Virus record (IMG/VR): IMGVR_UViG_3300017913_000420
Span: 1 to 29,489 of that record
Direction: 5' to 3' (one strand)
Length of the DNA: 29,489 nucleotides
DNA from: a virus
Lineage: Duplodnaviria > Caudoviricetes
Part shown: positions 10,198 to 18,451 of the stretch, piece after piece
Numbering within the stretch: position 1 is the stretch's first letter
Layout: every line of letters starts with the position of its first letter
Position numbers and translations under genes: made by a program
Notes under the pieces: model-generated
Told to the model about the DNA's origin: nothing
What the model saw: the letters and a program-made list of their open reading frames with translations, nothing else
Database searches by the model: none

Positions 10198-10619
10198 TAT
10201 GCTATCCTCGCCATTCTAAAATAATCATCGCCTTCTAAGCCATACTTTCTCATGATGCCTTCATGCTCAAACCCTAGCCATTCAGCAAAAATCATCGCTC
10301 TTGTGTCGTGAGTATGAACGCTCGCTTGCACTCTTCTGACCTGTGTTTTCTCTACTATACCATGTAAAAGCTTCTTTGAATATCTAGCAAGAGCTACAGG
10401 TTTGTCCAGTGCCTTTGGGCTAACAAGAAGCCATGCCTCGCCAACACCAAACCACATCATGTGCAGCCCACCAACAGCTAAGATTGTGTCACCATCTGAT
10501 AGTGTGTAGCCAACTATATTGTCATGTGAGACAAGCCCCATACGGGACTCGCCTGACAATTCATAATCTAGCTCGATGTTCATTACATCTGGTGTTTCAA
10601 AAGCTCGAAAGTTAAGCAT
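10197..10619 (-). CDS. GNAT-fold acetyltransferase-like virion assembly protein (about 140 aa; start revised to MLNFRAF)
   Basis: RRVQASV...A..FAEWLGFEHEG.MRKY is a RimJ/GNAT-like C-terminal motif. ATG at 10619 overlaps the upstream stop (ATGCTTAA). Confidence 0.7.
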   Translation of the reverse strand: MLNFRAFETPDVMNIELDYELSGESRMGLVSHDNIVGYTLSDGDTILAVGGLHMMWFGVGEAWLLVSPKALDKPVALARYSKKLLHGIVEKTQVRRVQASVHTHDTRAMIFAEWLGFEHEGIMRKYGLEGDDYFRMARIA

Positions 10620-13017
10620 CGAAAGTATTAGACCTCCGCATAACAGCAAGCACTGTCATAGGTAATGGCTGTGTCTGTTGCACCACAACGCGTGAGTCAC
10701 TGTCGTAACCAGACGGGAATGCAATCTCTTTGTCGCCTGTGAATAGTGGCACAGCTTCATCCATCGCCATTGATGAGTCACGGAATTGAATAGTGTCAAG
10801 GTTGTTTGTGTCTGGGCCAACGTCTGCACCTACAGTCTCTAAGAATCTAACAGTCACGCCATGAATGCGTTTAATCTTACCTTGAGATATGCCATCGTCA
10901 GCACCAGCTTCGATTCTAAGTGTCTCAACAGTAGAGTCATAATGATAGCCAATATGAACCTTCTCTGAGCTTCTGTCCAATGTTACAGAGCCGCCACTTA
11001 CTGTCTTGTCTGGATGCGATGAGCCATCTGCTAGAATTTGCACAGTCTCACCCTCTAGGTGATTTAGGCCAGTGATTGTTGTTGTCGCGCTACCATCGTA
11101 TGTTAGGCCGCTGTCCACAAAGAACGCATCTTCAATGGTGTCAAAGTCTATTGTCTTCATGTAACAGATGTGACGCACTGTGCTACCATCAATAGTGCGC
11201 TTGACCGACAAGTAAACCTGGTCTTCTGCGCCTGATGGAATGGCTGTGATGCTCTCTACAGTAGCTGTGCCACCTAGTGTGTGCTTATGCCAACCTACTG
11301 TGTTGTTAGCTGGGTCATACGACAAGCCAATCAAACGCCCGTCTGCGTGAACAAACCACAGAATAAGCTCTGGCTCTTGTTGCCAAATCATGTCTGTCAA
11401 ACCACCGCGACCTAGATGCTCTGCAAGCACAGTCAAGTCACGGCCTGTTAGCCCGTCAACATCTAAGTTAAATGTAATCTCTTTTACTTTTTCTTGACCT
11501 TTCTGGATAAGAATGGTGCTAGAGCCAGCGCGGATAGGTCTAACGTCTGATGAACCGAATGTTGTCTCACGCAACACGTTTACGTTTGTTGGTGTTACTG
11601 GCTGTGTACCTGTGCCGCCTGACATTGTAAATTCAGCAGATGTAGTCAGTAGCTGTAGGAAACGACCCTGAATCATGTGCTTGATTACGTTCACTTGGTC
11701 AGAAGCAATCGTGACGTTAATCGCGTCATCATCGTTTGTGCCAGGCGTCATGTTCTCAAAGTCAGCAGTCTTAGAACCAAATATTGTTTGTGGCTTGCCT
11801 TCTGTGCCAGCAAAGTATAGACGCTCTTCATAGAAAGCTACAGCCCGTGGGAAACCTTGGTCGCCATTGAATGCGCCTAGTGACCAGCGTGTATTAGCAT
11901 TAGCAGAGCCAACCGAGCTGTCTGGTAGAGTTGAGTTTCCGTACTGGTCTTCATGCACATCAGCAGTAACAGATGTGCCGCTAGTATAAGCAGTAATCTT
12001 TACATGACCATGAGTGTCATGCACATATTCCCAATCAATGTCACCATAAGTTTCTGTGCCAGTTAGATGCACAGGTGGAGTAAGTCCTGATGAGTCTGTT
12101 CCGCCGTTTGACTTTTTGTAAACGTGACCATCATAACGAACAGTGTCGTTAAGTGAGTAGGAAGTTGATGCAGCCCACTCGTCATGGTTAATCTCTAGGA
12201 TTTCACGGAAGCGAATCATACGGCCTACGTCACTGCTCGTGAAGATTGATGAAGAGGCTGTGATTGTAACGCTACCCGTTGCAGCAGAGGCATACATAGT
12301 TGTGTCTGTGGTGTTCTCGTCTAGCCACGGGCCATCAATGAAGTCAATGTCTGCCAACGTAAAGCTAGTCGCTGTTGTGCGTGTTAGCTTCGCTGGCTCA
12401 TGGTCTTTGTGCGCTAGGTAAACTGTGTCAGCAGACTGAACGTGGTTTAGCTCGAAGATGTCTGTAGCCGAGTAGGTCGTTGTAACCTCTACAATGTTGC
12501 CGACCTTCCCACCGCTAGTGTAGGTTGTATGACTGCTAGAGTCTTCGCCTGATAGTTCAAATGTGTTAGTTGTCTTGTTAGCAACAGTAAACTCTCTGTT
12601 GTTTAGCTCTGTCATGCCGACAACGCCAGAGATGTAAACCCTGTCGCCATCTGAAAGACCATGTGCGTTTGCTGTTACTACAGCTGGGTCTGCCTTTGTG
12701 ATTGCAGTGATGTCTGTTGTAGCTTCGGTTAGTATGCCACCGTCTTTGAAGAAGCGAATATAGTTTGCGCCAAACTCCATAACGTAAGCTTGCTCATCAC
12801 TAAACTCAAAGTTAATAAGTCTTACCTTGCCGCCATCCTTAGATGTGCCAGCATAGTAAGTGCCTGGTCTGCGTGTAGCACCGCCCTGCGGATACACAAC
12901 CATGTTCTCTAATGTCTGTGCGCCACTTTGGTATTTCTGTAAGTCAATGCGACCTTCCAGCCTTGGCGATAACTCACCTGACTGGAAGTTAGTAACAATA
13001 GTCGATACGCGAGCCAT
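10612..13017 (-). CDS. Tail nozzle / tail tubular protein B-like (801 aa)
   Basis: N-terminal 'TNFQSGELSPRLEGRID', 'PQGGATRRPG' and 'GFPRAVAFYEERL' are characteristic of podovirus nozzle/stabilisation proteins. Confidence 0.85.
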   Translation of the reverse strand: MARVSTIVTNFQSGELSPRLEGRIDLQKYQSGAQTLENMVVYPQGGATRRPGTYYAGTSKDGGKVRLINFEFSDEQAYVMEFGANYIRFFKDGGILTEATTDITAITKADPAVVTANAHGLSDGDRVYISGVVGMTELNNREFTVANKTTNTFELSGEDSSSHTTYTSGGKVGNIVEVTTTYSATDIFELNHVQSADTVYLAHKDHEPAKLTRTTATSFTLADIDFIDGPWLDENTTDTTMYASAATGSVTITASSSIFTSSDVGRMIRFREILEINHDEWAASTSYSLNDTVRYDGHVYKKSNGGTDSSGLTPPVHLTGTETYGDIDWEYVHDTHGHVKITAYTSGTSVTADVHEDQYGNSTLPDSSVGSANANTRWSLGAFNGDQGFPRAVAFYEERLYFAGTEGKPQTIFGSKTADFENMTPGTNDDDAINVTIASDQVNVIKHMIQGRFLQLLTTSAEFTMSGGTGTQPVTPTNVNVLRETTFGSSDVRPIRAGSSTILIQKGQEKVKEITFNLDVDGLTGRDLTVLAEHLGRGGLTDMIWQQEPELILWFVHADGRLIGLSYDPANNTVGWHKHTLGGTATVESITAIPSGAEDQVYLSVKRTIDGSTVRHICYMKTIDFDTIEDAFFVDSGLTYDGSATTTITGLNHLEGETVQILADGSSHPDKTVSGGSVTLDRSSEKVHIGYHYDSTVETLRIEAGADDGISQGKIKRIHGVTVRFLETVGADVGPDTNNLDTIQFRDSSMAMDEAVPLFTGDKEIAFPSGYDSDSRVVVQQTQPLPMTVLAVMRRSNTFDA

Positions 13018-13018
13018 C

Positions 13019-13615
13019 TTATAACCTTATGTTGATAAAGTCGTTTGCAATCAGTTTGTCTGGTGTTCCTTCCATTGCATCAATGGAACGGGCTTCGCGC
13101 AGTCTTTCGTCATACATCTGCTGCATTACGCCTACCACACTGTTACTGCCTGTTACTGCATAAGCAATCTCACTGGCTAGTCTGTGCGCTACTGTGCTTG
13201 ATAGCAATGAATCATATTGTTCTGTGTCTGTTACACGGCCTATGTAAGTAATGCGGCAAGTGCCAGCATCTGTAAGTATCTTGCGGCCTTCTACCTTGAA
13301 CGCTACCTGTGAGTCATAAGCAGCCACTTCGCTGTCTACGTTTGCTGTAAACAATGATAACACTCTTAGGCAGTATGGGTCTGTGGGTAGAGTAAATTGG
13401 TTTGTAAAGCCAAAAGCAGGTGAGGTAGAATCTTTAGCTAACTGCTTGCGTGTCACGGCTATGTTCCACGGATGCGCACGAAGCACTGCATCACGCACTG
13501 TGTCAAAGCGTCTGTTACACAAACGAGCTTCCTTAGAGTTTTCAGATAGCGATGTAATAGTTGCCGCACCCAGCAAATCCAACGCTTCGTTACAGATGTC
13601 AACAACTGAAGGCAT
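13019..13615 (-). CDS. Tail adaptor / tail tubular protein A-like (198 aa)
   Basis: 'SVVDICNEALDLLGA..I.SL.E' and 'LRAHPWN.A' are typical of T7 gp11-like adaptors. Confidence 0.85.
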   Translation of the reverse strand: MPSVVDICNEALDLLGAATITSLSENSKEARLCNRRFDTVRDAVLRAHPWNIAVTRKQLAKDSTSPAFGFTNQFTLPTDPYCLRVLSLFTANVDSEVAAYDSQVAFKVEGRKILTDAGTCRITYIGRVTDTEQYDSLLSSTVAHRLASEIAYAVTGSNSVVGVMQQMYDERLREARSIDAMEGTPDKLIANDFINIRL

Positions 13616-13965
13616 TACGTCACCAACCTTTCGATTCTAATCAAAGCACCTTTACTGGTGTTATTGTCACCACCGCGCTTTACTTCGCCTTTTTCTATAG
13701 CTTCCTCGACTATCTCTTTTAGTCGCCTTGTAGGTAATATTACCACACTTTCTTCAGAAGTCATAAAAGCCCAGTAGTCTGCCTCTGTTGTGTGTATCCC
13801 AGAGGGTTTCCCCCTAGAAAAAAACTCCACAAACACCCTACCTGTTCGTGAAGCCTTGAAATCTCTTTTTACTTCGATTTTTTGGGACTGAAGCATCTCC
13901 GCTAACTTCTTTTCTGCGACCTGCCCTACTTTTAAATCATAACGAAAGTCGCTGTTAAATTCCAT
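13615..13965 (-). CDS. Small PD-(D/E)xK-like nuclease (116 aa)
   Basis: 'G..AE......KIEVKRD....TG.VFVE...GKPSGI.TT.ADYW' has the ExK motif of the restriction-endonuclease fold. No clear PD dipeptide. Confidence 0.55.
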   Translation of the reverse strand: MEFNSDFRYDLKVGQVAEKKLAEMLQSQKIEVKRDFKASRTGRVFVEFFSRGKPSGIHTTEADYWAFMTSEESVVILPTRRLKEIVEEAIEKGEVKRGGDNNTSKGALIRIERLVT

Positions 13966-13980
13966 TCCCCATGTCCCAGC

Positions 13981-14010
13981 GAGAGGAAAGGGGCAACCGA
14001 AGCTGCCCCC
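13981..14010 (-). terminator. Intrinsic terminator after the capsid/cement genes
   Basis: Minus strand GGGGCAGC-TTCG-GTTGCCCC-TTTCCTCTC: 8-bp stem, C(UUCG)G tetraloop, short U/pyrimidine tail (probably leaky). Position analogous to T7 Tphi. Confidence 0.8.
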
Positions 14011-14016
14011 ACTCTA

Positions 14017-14496
14017 TTAGTTTACGACATATTCAATGATGAATGACATGTCACCAGCTGTGCCGCCTGTTACATTGAATGTAGCTGCAATGTAATAGTG
14101 GCCTTCTTCAGCATTTGAATCACCAGCAAGTTCATACAACTTCTGACCAGCAGTGTTGATGTTTGCGGCTCCAAAGCGGACGTCTGCGAAAGCTGAGCCA
14201 TCTGCTACAGATGTAGCAAATGCGTCTTCGTCTTTCACAGTACCAGCTGTTGTGTAGATGCCAACATTGAATGTGCATGAACCACCCAAGTTATCCGAAC
14301 CAATGCGTAGTGCAGTGATGTTCGCATTCGCTGGGATTGGTGCAAGCATTACAATGTCGTTGTCTGTTGAGTCGCCAGCTGCCAAAGCAACTGTGCCTGA
14401 AGCCACACGGATTACACCATGTAGATTGCCAGCATCGTTAGCGACTTGAGGAGTAGCTTCAAAGTTAGCTACGAGAGTAGTATTTTTAGTAGTCAT
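14017..14496 (-). CDS. Capsid cement/decoration-like protein (159 aa)
   Basis: Beta-rich, directly downstream of the MCP with strong RBS GAGGAG and upstream of the terminator, implying high copy number. Confidence 0.6.
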   Translation of the reverse strand: MTTKNTTLVANFEATPQVANDAGNLHGVIRVASGTVALAAGDSTDNDIVMLAPIPANANITALRIGSDNLGGSCTFNVGIYTTAGTVKDEDAFATSVADGSAFADVRFGAANINTAGQKLYELAGDSNAEEGHYYIAATFNVTGGTAGDMSFIIEYVVN

Positions 14497-14509
14497 AACC
14501 TATCTCCTC

Positions 14510-15370
14510 TTAGCTTTCGTCACACAAAATTTGTACGACTTTTTCTTCTTCCATGCGTGTAGAAGCGATAGACATACAGTAGTACACCTGAGTCGCGTAA
14601 CCTTTGTCGGCACGTTCATCAATGCGAGCTGTAGAGTCTTTGCCAACACCTAGTAGAAGACCGTCTTCTGCCCATGCGAAGCAGGTACGGTTGTCGCCAG
14701 ATTTTGCTAGACGGTTAGTTACAATGAATTTGAAACCTAAGAATGTGTCAATTTCACCTTGGACAAGTGCCTTAACAGTGTTGAAGTCAGATGAAGTAAC
14801 TGTTGTGCTACCTAGTAGTGACTCAATCTGGTTAGGGCCAACCGCGATGTAACGGTTGATTGATGGGTCAACGTCAGCCAAGTCAAGAATCTTCTTAGCT
14901 TCAATCAGCTTGTCTAGTGTCAAGTCTGATGAGTCAGCACCAATCTGCTGTGCAGCAGGTAGTGATGTTGATGTTGAACCTGTTTCGCCTGTGAAGGCTG
15001 TGCCAACGGCAGCTGCAATGATTTCATCGTCCATTGCACGACCCATAGCAGCGGCAGCAGCTTGTGCATATGCTGATGTTGGGTCAATTAGCATACGAAC
15101 CTTGTCCTGGTCATCAATCAGGTCAGCGTATTCGTAGTCTACTAGAGATACACGTCTACGAGCGTGTGGTGTATCCATTTGTGGTGTGTCAGCGTGGCGT
15201 GTTGTACGCTTTTGCGCTGTGGCTAGACCAACTTGGTCAAAGAATGCGTTTTTACCAGTAATATTCTCAACGCGAACCGCATCACGCAGACGTGAACCCA
15301 TCTGCTGTGATAGCATCTGCACGTTTGCAGAATACTGCTGGACAAACGCTGTATTTACTTGAGAAGACAT
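14510..15370 (-). CDS. Major capsid protein (286 aa)
   Basis: 'AFVQQYSANV.MLSQQMGSRLR', 'TPHARRRV', 'DKVRMLIDPTS.Y', 'GEIDTFLGFKFI' are typical of HK97-fold podovirus MCPs. Follows the scaffold. Confidence 0.92.
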   Translation of the reverse strand: MSSQVNTAFVQQYSANVQMLSQQMGSRLRDAVRVENITGKNAFFDQVGLATAQKRTTRHADTPQMDTPHARRRVSLVDYEYADLIDDQDKVRMLIDPTSAYAQAAAAAMGRAMDDEIIAAAVGTAFTGETGSTSTSLPAAQQIGADSSDLTLDKLIEAKKILDLADVDPSINRYIAVGPNQIESLLGSTTVTSSDFNTVKALVQGEIDTFLGFKFIVTNRLAKSGDNRTCFAWAEDGLLLGVGKDSTARIDERADKGYATQVYYCMSIASTRMEEEKVVQILCDES

Positions 15371-15389
15371 TTATAAATCCTTTCGTTTC

Positions 15390-15626
15390 TCAAACAGCTT
15401 TAGTCTTTTGCGGTGCGCTACCCTTTCGGACGCTCCTAACATTTTGAGCCTGTTTCGGGCTGCCTTCTGTCAGGCTGTCTTCAGGACGAGTCCCCTCGCT
15501 ACCCCGAGAAACCCACTGCCAGTATCTCTCTGCCAGCTGGTCTGGATTTGTAAAATCGCGCTGAGTTCCATTCTCCACCGCGATTCTTAAACATTCTAGT
15601 CGAGCATTCAGTTCAATCTCATCCAT
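15390..15626 (-). CDS. Small hypothetical protein between scaffold and MCP (78 aa; start revised to MDEIEL)
   Basis: ATG overlaps the scaffold stop (ATGGATGA). Helical N-half; the low-complexity C-half coincides with RNA hairpins. Confidence 0.6.
   Translation of the reverse strand: MDEIELNARLECLRIAVENGTQRDFTNPDQLAERYWQWVSRGSEGTRPEDSLTEGSPKQAQNVRSVRKGSAPQKTKAV
15415..15507 (-). promoter_or_regulatory. Structured RNA element upstream of the MCP (two GNRA hairpins with the same internal loop)
   Basis: UCGGGGUAGCGAG-GGGA-CUCGUCCUGA (15481-15507) and GCGUCC-GAAA-GGGUAGCGC (15415-15433). Confidence 0.55.
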
Positions 15627-16458
15627 GAACAATACTCATCAATTCTTGCACTCTCTCAACTGCTCGCTGACGATTTGGGTTCTTTCTGTCCCAATATGCG
15701 TGTGAACGGTCGTTCATAATCGCATCAATCTCAGCTTGTGCGCTTTGTGTCGTTAAGACTGTAGAGCGCGGAGCATCCGAAATAGTGTCTTCGCTAGTTA
15801 CACTATGCCTAAAGTCAGCCATTTTTGCAAATGCTTTGATAAACTCAGGGTGATTACCTATGCGTGTGCCATCGGCAAGCTGCATATCTAGGATTTCTGC
15901 GCTTGCAAACTCGTCAACTACATTCTTTGCAGCGATGAGTTTCGACTCATAGTTGTTGCCCCACTCTGCTTTTAGCTCGCTCTCAACCTTCTCACGGGAC
16001 TCTGTTTCCTGCTGTTGAGTTTGAGCAACACTTGTTTGTGCAATCTCCTTGTAATACTCAAGGACACCGCTGGCTTGGTCTGGCGTTAGGCGCAACTTGT
16101 GCGCTATGTCTGCGTAACCTTTGGCTGTTTCTTCTGTTATGATGTTGCCATCAGTCTCAAAGCTGTAGCCTTCAGCTGTTTCTGGACGACCAAGACGACC
16201 GTAGATGTTGTCTAAGTCTTCCGCTGTTGGGTTTACTGGCATCGGCAACTTATCTGAGCCGATTAGTCTTTGTGCATTTACATAAGACCGAGCTAAGTTT
16301 TCAACGTCTTTAATTGGAGACAAGCTTGGGTCTGTGCGCAAATCTTCTGGAATCATATTCAAGAAGTCGTTACCAGAACCGCCTTGTGCTACTTCCGCTG
16401 GTGTTTCCATTGGAGCAGCTGACTGGTCTACCTGTTCAACTACCTGTTCTTCTGACAT
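15619..16458 (-). CDS. Capsid scaffolding/assembly protein (279 aa)
   Basis: Acidic and helical; 'LGRPE....Y', 'LKAEWG..Y' and 'GNHPEFIK' motifs; lies between portal and MCP. Confidence 0.85.
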   Translation of the reverse strand: MSEEQVVEQVDQSAAPMETPAEVAQGGSGNDFLNMIPEDLRTDPSLSPIKDVENLARSYVNAQRLIGSDKLPMPVNPTAEDLDNIYGRLGRPETAEGYSFETDGNIITEETAKGYADIAHKLRLTPDQASGVLEYYKEIAQTSVAQTQQQETESREKVESELKAEWGNNYESKLIAAKNVVDEFASAEILDMQLADGTRIGNHPEFIKAFAKMADFRHSVTSEDTISDAPRSTVLTTQSAQAEIDAIMNDRSHAYWDRKNPNRQRAVERVQELMSIVHG

Positions 16459-16460
16459 AG

Positions 16461-16658
16461 TTACTCCTGTGTCATGTTATGGACATGAAGGATAACAGCA
16501 CGTTTTCCTTCCTCGAATGCTGTGGCATTGGCATCGCCAGCCACATAGCTCGAAGCTCGCCAGTTACAGCGAGCCTCAAGGTCTGCTAAGACTTTCTTAC
16601 CTGCATCGGTAGCGAAGGTCTGTTTATACAAGTCTTTTAGTTTTTCTACTTCTTTCAC
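16461..16658 (-). CDS. Small conserved phage protein (Bbp19-like), 65 aa
   Basis: 'Y...F..D.GK.VL.DL...C....S....D...TAF.EG.R.V' pattern and position right after the portal. Confidence 0.65.
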   Translation of the reverse strand: MKEVEKLKDLYKQTFATDAGKKVLADLEARCNWRASSYVAGDANATAFEEGKRAVILHVHNMTQE

Positions 16659-18241
16659 TGTTGAATCATCCTTACGGCCTGACCAGCCTGTGCAGCAGTG
16701 TAAACGTCTTCTTGCTCACGCTGTCGTTGCATTGCTTCAGCTTCAGCTTGCGCTCTCTGTTGACGTGTTTCATCTACTTCACGCTGGCTCTTCAGTGTTG
16801 TCTTTGGAACGCCTAGAGCGTCAGTAATATGTTGCACAAGACCATCAGGGTCTAAGTGGTCACCAACAGGTAGAGATTGAGCAAGTGGCAATAGAATCTC
16901 TAGTGCCTTCATTGTGTTGTTCAAGCTGCTTGCCTTTTGCGCTCTGGCTAGTGGAGAGACATACTCGATGTCAATATCACGACCCTGCAATATTTCTGGA
17001 GCTGGCGCAAGCATATCGTTACGCAACATCACAGCAAAGATGCGGTCAATCAACGGACGTAACATCTCATTCATCAAGCGACCAAGCACAGGGCCAATGA
17101 CACGCATACGCTCTTCTTGACGCTGGATAACTTCTGTGGCTGTCATGTTCGGGCCACCGCCAGCTAGAATCTGGTCAACATAGAAAGCCTGACGGATAGC
17201 AGAGCGTCTTTGCTCTTCCATGTTTAGACCAATAGGAATGTTTGCACCTGTGTTCAATGGTGTGATTGTGTCACGAGAACCTGCACGATAGAAGTTCAGG
17301 CCGCCTGGTTGTGTGCGAATAGGCAACAAGAAGCCATCATCAGGGACAAGTAGAGGTGGGTCAATCTGCTTTTGTGCAGCCTGAATGATTGTCTTAGACA
17401 TCAGGTTAAGCATCTTAACGTCTGGTAGAGCTGTCATCGCTGGTGAGCGACCCATTACTTCACCTGTTGACTTCAAGAAGCGCGGCACAACGTATGGCAT
17501 TTCTTGGAAACCACCTTGTGACATAATCATGCCTGACTGACAGCAGACATACACTGAAGCAAATGGCATATTCTTGTTGTCCATCTTGAATACATCTCTG
17601 TCTGTATTCGGTAGCACAACGTGTAGAATATCTACTTCTTCATCAGGGCTTTTCTTAAATACCTTGTTGATGTAGTCGCCTACATTTTCTTCACCGAAGC
17701 GGTCTACAGCCTGACCAGCTGTTAGCTTATACTTGCGGTAAACTGTGTTGACCATACCAAAGTGGTCTTCTTGCACATAGTATTCTGAGATGTGACGTGT
17801 GCTAAAACGCAAACCTTCATCTGTCATTTCTGTGAACATACATGATGTGCCAAACACAGTAAGGTCAACGTATGCTTCATGCACTTCAGTCTCAAAGTTT
17901 GACTGATTTATTGCTCGCATCATACGCATAGATGTGTCTTGCAACCACTCGCGCACTTCATCGTCACGATTTAACTCAGTGTCTTTGATGTCTAAATGAA
18001 ACCAAGGAGAAGCACCGCTGGTAAGCATTCCGTGTAGGAACGCTGCCATAAGGTCAATAGATTGAAGAGCTGTGCCATCATAGATTAACTCCATTCTCTT
18101 GTCGCCACGAGAACGCTTACGCACAATATCCGCTTTGCGAGGAAGCATATAATCCGCTAACTCTTGGTAGTGGCTATCCCAATTATCTCTACGATTCTTA
18201 ACAAACTCGAATCGCTTAATTAGCTGATTACCTTCTTTCAT
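16655..18241 (-). CDS. Portal (head-tail connector) protein, 528 aa
   Basis: 'GRSPAM.ALPD.K.LN', 'MTATEV..R.EE....GPV.GRL..E.L.PLI' and 'IEYVSPLARAQ' are T7-like/BPP-1-like portal motifs. Confidence 0.93.
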   Translation of the reverse strand: MKEGNQLIKRFEFVKNRRDNWDSHYQELADYMLPRKADIVRKRSRGDKRMELIYDGTALQSIDLMAAFLHGMLTSGASPWFHLDIKDTELNRDDEVREWLQDTSMRMMRAINQSNFETEVHEAYVDLTVFGTSCMFTEMTDEGLRFSTRHISEYYVQEDHFGMVNTVYRKYKLTAGQAVDRFGEENVGDYINKVFKKSPDEEVDILHVVLPNTDRDVFKMDNKNMPFASVYVCCQSGMIMSQGGFQEMPYVVPRFLKSTGEVMGRSPAMTALPDVKMLNLMSKTIIQAAQKQIDPPLLVPDDGFLLPIRTQPGGLNFYRAGSRDTITPLNTGANIPIGLNMEEQRRSAIRQAFYVDQILAGGGPNMTATEVIQRQEERMRVIGPVLGRLMNEMLRPLIDRIFAVMLRNDMLAPAPEILQGRDIDIEYVSPLARAQKASSLNNTMKALEILLPLAQSLPVGDHLDPDGLVQHITDALGVPKTTLKSQREVDETRQQRAQAEAEAMQRQREQEDVYTAAQAGQAVRMIQQ

Positions 18242-18244
18242 GAT

Positions 18245-18451
18245 TTACCCCATCAATGTTGGTGTTTGGCCTGTAGCTTCTTTAGTGTCACCTAGCGCAC
18301 CAGCTACAATAGTTGAGCCACGGCCTTTACGGTTCTTGCCAGCAGCTCTCTGTGCCTCTTCAGCCATTACAGCTGCACGACCCAAATCAGGTTCTGCTGG
18401 TGGTTCAGGGGCAGGTGGCGGTGAAGGAATGTTTGGTGTTAAAAAGCTCAT
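18245..18451 (-). CDS. Small Pro-rich virion-associated protein (68 aa)
   Basis: Poly-Pro N-terminus and 'RKGRGSTI' C-terminus, immediately upstream of the portal; ATGA coupling. Confidence 0.65.
   Translation of the reverse strand: MSFLTPNIPSPPPAPEPPAEPDLGRAAVMAEEAQRAAGKNRKGRGSTIVAGALGDTKEATGQTPTLMG

Noticed and set aside
14497-14530. T7 10A/10B-type frameshift or readthrough from the MCP into the next gene
   Set aside because: No convincing slippery site at the MCP end, and the downstream gene has its own strong RBS.
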